The position numbers and the translations under genes were made by a program. A stretch of 64,000 nt of DNA from Phoronis australis (Eukaryota; Animalia; Phoronida), in NCBI GenBank assembly GCA_002633005.1, contig NMRA01000101.1, positions 434,001 to 498,000 on the forward strand. Direction: 5' to 3'. Positions within the stretch are counted from its first letter, which is position 1; each line of letters starts with the position of its first letter. The notes beneath the pieces are model-generated. The model did not search any database. It was not told the origin of the DNA and was given only the letters and a program-made list of their open reading frames with translations. This document shows, in pieces, positions 37,201-49,200 of this stretch.

Positions 37201-40200
37201 CCATATTCTTCTGGTTCATATTCGACACATCTTTAATCGAATATGTCTTAGGCCTAGTACAACATAAGTTTGGGGCTTATATGAAAAAGCAACACTTTTC
37301 CAGCCGATCGTGTCAGTTGTGTCACTTTAAGCCCTGGTCACAGGACTATTGTATCGAGCAACATCTCTAGGATTTGATAACACCACTCCACTGGGTGTTG
37401 ACAATTCCACCCCATACCAGCAGGCACTGTATCCCACAGACCCATTCCCCTAACATTCACTCGCGTCCCAGATATGTTCCATACAGGGTGGTCAAACTGC
37501 AGCCCTGGAGACCAAACACCATCCTGGTCACTTAAGTGCAGTTGTTGCTATCACTCCACTAGTTTTGTGTATGCACCACATAGGAAGTTCCATATATGTT
37601 ACGGTTAGCATGAAGTCCCTGACCTCGGTGGGTTACTAATGCACCAACGTTGATTTGTTCACATCCGGGTGATTACGAACTTAGTCACAACTTTTTCAAT
37701 CATCTTGTTTGAAGGTCTTGGTCAAGCTTAGAAGACTTGCATATTGCTTCACCAGTTCTGTGATCAGAGATTCCCTCTGGTGGTTGGTTCACTGATGAAT
37801 TTAGGGTCTGTTTCATTAGGGACTGAAATTAATGAGCAAATAAAGCATTAAAAACTTGAGCCAATTCACCACAAGCAAACATGTTGGTAATAAAATGGTA
37901 AGGGAGTGACCATGCAAGGACAATGAGCATTCATCAGATAATTGGTAGAAAATCAGAAAAAAGAAATACCGGGTAGCCATAAATCGGGAGAGAAATGACT
38001 GAAAATTGTTTCTAAGAAATTTTGCCGATAATCAGCAAGAAGATTTTGTTCTCTGCAACTTTCTTTTAAAACCATTGTATGTTTCTGTCATTGTCAAGGA
38101 TTTTCAAAGTATGTGTAAGTCTCATGATTTAAAAGTAGTTGCACGCCAAAAGTGATCTGTTTGGCTTTATTAGTTAAATGTGTTTTCTTGACACCTGTCC
38201 TTATCTCAAGAGAAATATTGATTATTACATGGTGAAGTCGTTATCCTCCGTATTCTAGAGCCTGAGTAGATTTTGGAGAATTATCGAAAATCCATGAGGG
38301 CTCTAAATAAGGGGGATAACGAACCATGTAATAATCTATTTATACCACACCCTGAACGAGAAACATTGCAATGAATCGATCTACCTTTCTCGACTCGCCT
38401 CGGCTTTGTAACTACTTTCTACTGTCAGAGGCCCGGGGTCTGATGTCGTGACCTTTTCAGAAAAGCCGAGCTATTTTTGTCAAATAATGCTTTTACTCAA
38501 AACCAATTGAAAATTTAAACAAAATAGAAATAAAGTAAATCAGTTAAATTAAGATTTAGCAACTATTATAGCTTACTACACGTTTTATCACGCTAAGCTT
38601 CGACCGGAAAAATATCGTTTGCTAAAGTAGGTTACCACTAGTAACTGAGTGTAATGCTCAAGTCAAAGGATCCTGATGACATGCTATCCACATTCAAATT
38701 GGAGATCGGTGATTTACAAGTGAGAGAACATTAGAGAAAAATTTCACTGAATTAAAGTATCGTTTTTGTGGAAATTATTATTATTTCTCATAGCATATAA
38801 ATGTCGGTACAATGCCCTTTGTTGAACATGCGATTCTTGCACATGCTCATTCTATTTTCACGTCCGATGATGTCAGCTGCTAGGTGGTGTAGTGGTAAAG
38901 TCGACGACTCGAAACTCTTGCGGACCAGGTTCGAAACCGGCCTCGGTTCCCGCCAAAATGTTAACTCACTAGTGAAATAACTAAATGGGTTATTACACGG
39001 TTGTATTGGCCATTCGAGGCTGATATTGTGGTATAAAGGTCATTATGTTCATGGCCAATTCTCTTCAGAGCTTTGATTATCATTTTGTTCTTTGCTCCTG
39101 TCTAACCTCCAGATATCTGAAGTGCTTCTGCACAATTTCTTTCTTGCTTTAATGACTGATGAAGTTGACATCTTACACAAGGTTGTAGTTTTTGTTCTTT
39201 GCTCCTATCTTTTCAGCTTCAATTATCTGAAGTGCTTGTCCACATGAAAATGTTCTTTCACACTTTGACAACTGACGAAGCTGACGTTGTACTCAAGCGA
39301 CTGCGGAAAGAGGCTCTTAAAGATGGGTTAAATACCATGGGTATACCAGTGACACGTGATGAGGCACATGAGTGGTTTACATGGCTCGATGTCAGCGGTG
39401 AAGGGTAAATGGAGGCATTATAGTTGGCAGGAAATTGTTCAGTTATATTAGTCGACACTTAGGCTTGACATCATGCATATTTCTATACCGATACGTGTTC
39501 AATAAGGCATCACTAGGCATGACGTCATGCATATCTCTGTACTTGGCTGTGCTCAGTAAGGCAACACTGGGCACGACACATCTTCCATATCTCTGTACTG
39601 GCCCGTGTTCAATAAGCTGACACTAGGCATCACATCATGCACATGTCTCTGTCACTGCACCATGTTCAATAACTAAAGGTGAGTGAGTCCGAATTTTACA
39701 AAATCTCATATGCCAGTGTGCAAATATACTTATTCGTGAAATTCGGGTCTACCAACTTTAAAGCTATGTTGGACCCTATAGAAATGGGCAAACTTTGGAA
39801 CACCATATCTAAGAAATGGCCTATCAGATTCATAATTATGTGACTGACTTTCAGATACCATGCTTTTACCAAACTGTTAGGAATTGTTTAAAGTGCTAAA
39901 AATCACCTTTTCAGTTTCAAAAAAGCACTTACCAATGAACTTTCAAATACGAACTTCAGTAAACACTATCTGGTATTAACTGATCTTGAGTCATGAACAT
40001 TCATTGGTCAATACATCCTACATAGAATAAGGCAACCAATCACAACATTAGTGGTCTTCTATTGTGTTAAGTGTTAAAAGCCATCGGATACTGCTGCTTG
40101 TTTTCCTGTGGTTTATTAAATTAGTAAAGAATGGCAAAGCGTTGAGTTTGCGGATACGTAGATATAACAACTCACTAGTTGAGCACCCTGTGGCATGTGG

Positions 40201-43200
40201 AACGTCTAGAGAAGGGCGGATATGGTACAAGAAATTAGCGTGTTGGTGGACATGAAACACTGATGCTGGATACGCTTATAGGTCACATTCTTGTCTGTGG
40301 AGCTAAGAAACTTTCACCCAAAGTTGCCTTTTTACTATTTTCTCATTTTTTTGTAAACGTTGAATTCTTAGTTGTGATATGCAGTGTTATAGAAGTAAGG
40401 TTTAATGATGCTGACAATGTAGTCACTTGTCAGCACAAGGTGAATGGGGGTTTTAAGCACTTTGAATTTTCTACTTTTTCCTGAAGAAATTGGACTTTTA
40501 TGATTTTCATGCAAAAACTCAAAAGTTATGTAAAACAAATTTGTAACGATAATTTAGAAAACTGTACTGACAACATTTTTGAGATTCAATACTCATTTAT
40601 TCAATAAAGTTTGGTCATTTTATTGATAACAGTTCTTTTGCTATCAATGTACCTAGTTTCTTTTTTACTAATCTTTTCTAAGAAGACATAATAACATGAC
40701 CCATTCAATAACAGATTGGTAAAAATTAAAAAATCAGACTCTATGAGCTTTCTATTACTTTGTACTGATTAAAAATCTGAAGNGTAAACACTATCTGGTA
40801 TTAACTGGTCTTGAGTCATGAACATTCATTGGTCAATACATCCTACATAGAATAAGGCAACCAATCACAACATTAGTGGTCTTCTATTGTGTTAAGTGTG
40901 AAAAGCCATCGGATACTGCTGCTTGTTTTCCTGTGGTTTATTAAATTAGTAAAGAATGGCAAAGCGTTGAGTTTGCGGATACGTAGATATAACAACTCAC
41001 TAGTTGAGCACCCTGTGGCACGCGGAACGTCTAGAGAAGCGCGGATATGGTACAAGTTTGTACAAGAAATTGGCGTGTTGGTGGACATGAAACACTGATG
41101 CTGGGTATGCTTACCTTATAGGTCACATTCTTGTCTGTGGAGCTAAGAAACTTTCACCCAAAGTTGCCTTTTTTTTCTATTTTCTCATTTTTTGTAAACG
41201 TTGAATTCTTAGTTGTGATATGCAGTGTTATATAAGTAAGGTTTAATGATGCTGACAATGTAGTCACTTGTCAGCACAAGGTGAATGGGGGTTTTAAGCA
41301 CTTTGAATTTTCTACTTTTTCCTGAAGAAATTGGACTTTTATGATTTTCATGCAAAAACTCAAAAGTTATGTAAAACAAATTTGTAACGATAATTTAGAA
41401 AACTGTACTGACAACATTTTTGAGATTCAATACTCATTTATTCAATAAAGTTTGGTCATTTTATTGATAACAGTTCTTTTGCTATCAATGTACCTAGTTT
41501 CTTTTTTACTAATCTTTTCTAAGAAGACATAATAACATGACCCATTCAATAACAGATTGGTAAAAATTAAAAAATCAGACTCTATGAGCTTTCTATTACT
41601 TTGTACTGATTAAAAATCTGAAGTTGTGTAGATATTTGTCTTAATAACATAACAAAGTAATTGGACAACGGTGGTGGTAAATGATATTGTTAACTATTTC
41701 CGTACCATAGGACTGGACATCTCATTGCTACTCTTTTGATAGCGAGTCACTGGTAAGCGCTATTCAATACGCTTGTGGTAGAGAATGATCGCATAATGTT
41801 TTGAGTTACAAAGCTTACATGACTGTATTCAATCCATGGTTTCAAACTCCACAACTATTTGTAATTGAATGATATAGGTATTGCTTGATGGCGCTGTGTG
41901 TGGGTACCTGTGTGTGGGTACCTGTTTGTGACTGTTTTTGGTTTTGAGACAATATAAGTGGAAACTAATGTCTGCGTATTCTCCATGATTGATTGTTTCA
42001 TTTCAGAGAGATTGACTTATTTAACTGGAGTAACCTGCTGACTGTGAATAAATCTCTGAGAAAGATGTGTGCCGTGCCTGAATTGGCTGTAAGTTAATCA
42101 TAAAATCTCGTGCTCGTATTATGTATTTTGCATTGCACACGTATTCATTAAGAATTATATATACATTGCCTTTGACAGACTGTGAATGGGTTACTGTCAT
42201 GTAACTGTGCTGAAATGCTAAGTTGATGTGACTCTTCACCGGTTACATTAACGTTAGCTGCATGAGCAGATTCATCATCAGGACCTAATTAGGAAAATTT
42301 GCAGGCTGACCTCCAAAAATAAAGTGAAAACTAAAAATTTAATCATACGGGATTAAACTGGGTTGGGATCTGACTGTCACATGATGATCAATTGGGCAGG
42401 GATTTGACAGGTGATCACCTACTGGGTGGGGATCTGCCTGTCATAATTATCGAATGGGCAGGGATCTGACTATCACATGATTATCCATTGGGTGTGGATC
42501 TGAGGGTCACGTGATCATCAACTGGCCGGGATCTGACTCGCATGATTATCCATTGAGCATGGATCTGAGGGTTACGTGATCATCAACTGGCCGGGATCTG
42601 ACTCGCATGATTATCCATTGGGCACGGATCTGAGGGTCATGTGATCATCAACTGGCCGGGATCTGACTCACATGATCATCAATTGGACTGGGACACATGG
42701 TCATCAACTGGGTTGGGATCTTACTATCACATGGTCATCTGTAGTTGTTACTGAAAGTCCCTTTCAGCATGCAGTCTTACAGCATTTTTTAATGTGGCAT
42801 TAGTTGGTGAGTTTTATCTTTGCGTAATTGTTTAGATTGTTTTCAAATAACACTTATTGACTAAGAACATTGTAATAGGACATTGCCCATTGTGCACTCT
42901 AGGTGCTAGTATCAACTAGCTTCTCTGCTGGGATATGTTGAGGAACTTTGTCTAGTCTGTGCCAGCTTTAAGCGCCAGGTTACACTTAATTGACTGTTTT
43001 CTTCAATACTGGCACTTTTCATGAAGTGTGGCCTAAGAGTATTTAAAATGGGAGATGAGAGTAACCAAAGTAATTGCAGACTGAGGAATATCTTTACTGA
43101 ACAGTATTAAATACATTATTTACATCGCTCCTTTCTCAACAAGAGGTTCACTGAATGTGCAAATGTCTGTTAGTGCACCCCTGAGGAGCAAGCGCTTTTC

Positions 43201-46200
43201 ATGCAGAATATTCTGCTGTAGATAATATTTGTTCTCTCCATAGATTAATCCAGAGATACTTAACAAATCAGCAAGGAAAGTTTTACTTTTCACATGTTGA
43301 TTTTGACTAAGCATTTGACAGCATCAAGGTTTCCCACCTTTTTAAGATTAGTGTTATTTGTGTAGTATATCAACAAGAAATGTATAAAATATTTTACAGC
43401 ATTTGTCATGATGTTGAGGCCTGGTGTAAATTTTCTGGTCGTACGACTCCATGTTTTTTGTTGCAAAATCGGTGTCCGCTTCATTTTATGTGTCACTACC
43501 CTGTCTTGGATGACTTGCCCTCCAATTTCCTGATTAGGATGATAGATCAGATTAAGAGTAGTTAGCTTTATTTCAAAGTCCATTTCAAAGTCATGATCCT
43601 TTTGAGTTAAAAAGTCTGATACTCAAGAGCACCAGTGCTAGGAGCTGAACTTTTATCATGATTGTAAAGTTGTATATTGTAAATAGCATTATGAGGCCAA
43701 GGCTTATGGTGCACACAAGGCCTATATACCATAAACATTTCTGACTTTGGTTGTTGATGGTTGATGTTGCAGACTGGCAAGTTGGTCAGCTCAGTGAATG
43801 CCATGACTGACGAGGAAGAAGAACAAATGAAGAACATGTTGAGACGAGTTGATACAATTGTTGAGGTACCTTATCTTCAGAGTTCCTTGACGGACTTTCA
43901 TGGAATTTGGCAGATAGGTTTCTGTTAAAGGGAGAATGACGCTCTCACTTTTTGGATAGTTTTGATGTTATTGTTTGTTACATATTGGCCGCTTTACTGT
44001 CTTCAACGATTACGAAAGCGTTATATGTGTTTGAACTCGGAAGAAGATGGGCAACCATATTAATTGCCAAAGGATGACCATGCCTTGTCTTGTTTAGAAA
44101 TTTTCAACCCCTAGGGCGGCCACAAACTTATAATGAGATGAAAGCAGTTCCAATAATTTACCCTAGCTGCTAGTTAGACGTGATGTTTTTGAATGGTTGT
44201 AAGTCAGTTAACCTTTATGTGTTTTGAAGACCAGTGCATTATAGTTTTATTTGAATCATATAAGTCATGTCTGAGATAGGTTACTTCATAACAAACACAC
44301 AGTATCTTAATGTCCAATGATGTCAGCGATATGGTCATTTTCTTTTTCAGCACGCTCGTTCCAAAGATGTCCGCCTGATGGTGGATGCAGAGCAGACGTA
44401 CTTTCAACCCGCCATAAGCCGCTTGACTGTTGAAATGATGCGAAAATTCAACAAAGAGAAGGCAGTTATCTTCAACACTTACCAGTGTTATCTCAAGGTA
44501 TGGTAATTTTCCACTTCTTAAAATAATATTTTGTCCCTCACTTATTTCGCATGAGCTTAGTTGGTGGGAATATCTTTCTTCACCTAATTCACACAGTCAG
44601 GCATGTACTTGGGGAAACATCCATACAAAGCCCTATCACTAACTTTTAACATCCATACAAAGTCGTGTCAAAGATTCTTAAAACATCCCTCACAAAATAC
44701 CAGTCAACAACACTTAACATCCCATACAAAGCTGTTTCAATAATTATTAAAATATACATACACAGCTCTGTAGATAACTCTTAACAGACATAGGAAACCA
44801 TGTCAGTAACTCTTAAGATACAAACAAAGCCCTGTCAGTAACTCGATTTTAACATACATACAAAGCCCTGTTAACAACTCGTAACATGCATACAAATAAT
44901 GCTTGGCACCCCATACAAAGCCCTGTCAATAACTTTTAACGGACCATACTAAGCCTGATCAGCTTTGCTCTTTTTAAGGGATTTCAAACATTTTAAGGTA
45001 AAAATGGTGGAAATACGTGCCATAACTTGTACTACTTTCATAATTGTACTACTAACATTTCCGTGAGTGTACTACATACTTAGCATTGTAATACATTACA
45101 TGTATTACATCACATTGTACTAACATACCATGTACTATTTACATTCATTACATGTATTACACTTACATCACATTGTACTAACATACCATGTACTATTTAC
45201 ATTCATTACATGTATTACACTTACATCACATTGTACTAACATACCATGTACTATTTACATTCATTACATGTATTACACTTACATCACATTGTACTAACAT
45301 ACCATGTACTATTTACATTCATTACATGTATTACACTTACATCACATTGTACTAACATACCATGTACTATTTACATTCATTACATGTATTACACTTACAT
45401 CACATTGTACTAACATACCATGTACTATTTACATTCATTACATGTATTACACTTACATCACATTGTACTAACATACCATGTACTATTTACATTCATTACA
45501 TGTATTACACTTACATCACATTGTACTAACATACCATGTACTATTTACATTCATTACATGTATTACACTTACATCACATTGTACTAACATACCATGTACT
45601 ATTTACATTCATTACATGTATTACACTTACATCACATTGTGCTACTTACATTACATTATAATACATGCTATGTATTACTTACATCACGTGCTAACATACC
45701 ATGTACTATTTACATTACATGTACTTCTTACAATGGAGGAGGCAGTGTGGCCTAGTGTGATGGATACCTGCTTTCTTTACTCGAGGTCGTGGGTACGAGT
45801 CCCAGGTTTCTGCTCATCAGCTCCGTTTTTAATAAAGCATAAAAATGGTTCCAGGTGATCAGTGCAATGGGCCCACTTGCGCAGCCTGCGCACGTATGGT
45901 ACAACATGTATCAGACCGCCTGTAATATTTTTTATGCAGTCACTTACAATACTTAGCAATACTAACTGCTATTTGAATTATCTTGTACTATTTACATTTC
46001 ATGTAATTAAACGTGAAAACACAAATTCTTTTTTGTAGGAATCCTTTAATGAGCTGCAGTTGGACCTTGATCTTGCCAAGCGAGAAAACTTCTGTTTTGG
46101 TGCCAAGATTGTACGGGGGGCCTACATGGAGCAGGTACTCATAAGGCCGATGGACTGTGGCAATGATGTCGTAGAAATGGATACATCGAGTTGTTTTAAA

Positions 46201-49200
46201 AAAACAGAAGTGACTGTAGTTGTATTCTCAAAGCTTTTGTGACTGCCATTAAATTTTTTGATATAACAATGATCCTGTGGTGTCGGTTAGAGTGAACCTT
46301 TTCCTGTAAAAATTAATAATTCTATTGCTTAGATTAAACCTTTTCCTGTAAAAATTAATAATGCTGTTGCTCAGAGCTACAGCGTACCAACTAATTTCTG
46401 TCATATTTCAGTGTTCCAAAAAGTAGTTGAACGTCATGTTGATGAAAAGATTGGTAAGACTTGCACTATGTATGTTAAGAAATAGTGACCATTTTCCTTC
46501 AGGAACGTGAGCGAGCAGTTGCCCTCAACTATGAAGACCCAATCAACCCGACGTACGAGGCAACTAGTGAAATGTATGAAAAAGTGATTACATATATAAT
46601 GGAGCAAGCGAAACATAGGAGCAGACCTGCAGCTGTATCTGTCATGGCCGCCACTCACAATGAAGACACAGTCAGAATGATTGTTAGCAGGTGGGAAGTG
46701 ATACTTACTAATTTTGTTCATTTTAGGTGGATTATACTGGTCATTGTGCCGTGCTTTGACCAAAAACGTTACGTACCATTCCCCTGGACTGTTAAAACCA
46801 AGAAATTTCCAACATCACTATCAGATCTATTATCACGCTGGATTAAACTTGACAATCAAGTAAATGAGATCCAGATTGTATCCAAAATGTCAAAACGCAA
46901 CGTTGTGTTCATGGAACGATCTTTTCTAAATTTTCGTCTTCTGTCTTTACTTAGCCCGAATTTCGAACTTGACTAGGACAAATTTTGTGTTGCGAACCTT
47001 GAGTCACTTTTTCATGATATGGGTCCATGATCTCAATTACCACTGACTTTTTGACACACTGCTGACAGGTTTCTCAGTCTCAAAATGCTATTTATTAAAA
47101 CAAGTTTGATATCGTCAATCATTTTGATGCTCCTGCATATTACTTTAATCTCTGTCCATCGTTTGGTGTCTGGTGTCCATCCATCATCTGTAGCTGTATC
47201 TCCTAAATCGCTTGTAGGATTTTTATGCCATCGTCTCTGTCCTGCATCCAGTGCTATATCTCGTAAATCCCTTGGTGGATCTTCATGAAACGTGGCACGT
47301 CATGTGTTCGTATGATGCCTTTTTTGTTTTTGGTTTTTGGATGACTTGATAGGATTCAATTACCGCTATATACCCTGGGGGCAATTTTAGTTTGTCTTGG
47401 CGTGTATCTTTGGAGTTGTATTTTCATGAAATTTGGCAAAATGGGATAATATAAGCTTAAACTATGAGGAGGAACTTTTATTCAGCCAGCTGTATTCGTA
47501 AAGGTGTACTATAGGAGCCTGATGGTGGATAATTTTCTTGGTTTCGCGTAGTATAAGAACTGAGTTAAGCACAAGTTGAATAGCTGAAATTTGTATGACC
47601 AAAAATTTAATGATGTTAGAATTGTATTTGCAAGCCAATTTAGCGAGATTTTCGTGGCGAAGTGACTCTTGTCAATGCGTTATTCAGTACATTGTCTGTA
47701 GAGTTCCCGTGTGACGAGGCAACTCTCAGAGACCATTGTGTGATGGCTGGGGCAACAAAAATCGAGCACACATGTAATGCAAGTGAGGAACGCACTATTT
47801 TGAGATAGATAATTTTTCTTTCTTGGATTATCAAATTTTTGCATTATTTCAGATTTAAACATTTATTCATTCATGCTCACAGACAATATAAACATTCACT
47901 AAAGACAGAACTGGAATGATTACCAAATATAAGTTGATAAATGTGTTACCAGACACTCACTGTCACCCTGTGTCACTGTGATATTTTCAGTCGTCTGCAA
48001 ACAGAAGAACCATAACGGTCCATCAACTTGCAATTGGCGATTTTAAGTAAAATTCTCAATTTTGTAATATTTAAAATTTAATGTTTTTTTTGTGAAATTG
48101 AAACATGGCAAGTAATTGACAAATTTAACAAATCAGGGAAGACAAAGTTTATGGTCCTGTGAATTTGCCATAGTTTAATACTAGGTAATGTTGCCCTGTT
48201 TTAACCCAAAAACGATGGTTCGACTCATAGTGTACTGCTACGCAGTGTTATTGTAACAGAAATAACTGGTCCAATATCTCTGTTTCAGGATGCATGAACT
48301 TGGAATTCACCCTAATCACAAGATTATCTGCTTTGGTCAACTCTTGGGGATGTGTGATCAAGTTAGTTTTCCGCTCGGTAAGTTAAACTGAATGATAGAC
48401 GCACATGCCCAGTGCGATGGGGGAGGGGTGAGGGGTGGAGACTGTTTTGTATTTAGACCAGCAATGTACGCTCGCGCCGGCAGTCCAATTTTGGACTTCT
48501 AGAAACCAAACCGGTTGTTTTTTGTTTAACCATACTACATCAGTTTTATGAACAGAATAGAAATAATATACCTCGTTACAATGTGCCCTGACTGTCAGTT
48601 TAGAATATCAATAATGGTATGAGTTACCAACTTTCAATTCCCAGTTTTACTTATTGGATGCAAATCTATCCTGCACCTTACTAGTGTTGCAATGATTCGA
48701 GTTGTCGACGACATTGTCGACCAATGAAAATTAATTTCAAGACATTGCTATCGTTTCTGTGATCTCTCTATAACAACTACAAAATCCATGTAAATTTGGT
48801 GAAACCTCCATGGCCACACCCAAATCTTGGTTTGGTATTGCTTAAAATTGTAAAGTCATTCATATAAACAAGGTGAAGACTCCTCAGCCACAAGTGAATC
48901 TTTGTCTGTGTAGGATTGCATTATTTGTTGTTCATTAGAGAAACATAACTACCATGGTTTGAACCAGTGCCGTCTGAACAGTCCTAGACTTGGCTATCAT
49001 AGCGAATTTCTGGTTCTTGGTGATAGTTTCACTCCAAAACCGTATCGAGTCTTTCATTTGGAAACCTTTCAGACTAGATTTCAAAGGTCCCGTATTGTAT
49101 GTTGCAATGAGGTTCAATTGCTTTGGGTGTACCATAGTCTCAGTCATTGCATCCAGGCAGCTAGTAATAACAATGTGTTACTTTAGACAGATGTATTACT

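Noticed and set aside
39959-41623. 830-bp tandem duplication as a biological event
   Set aside because: The junction is exactly the N at 40783, typical of unmerged overlapping contig ends.
43866-43875. U12-type intron donor (gtaccttatc)
   Set aside because: Does not match the GTATCCTT consensus; an ordinary U2 donor.
45107-45858. 58-bp array as a CRISPR array, and the 126-aa ORF at 45478
   Set aside because: Units are contiguous with no unique spacers, there are no cas genes and the context is eukaryotic; the ORF is repeat plus SINE sequence.
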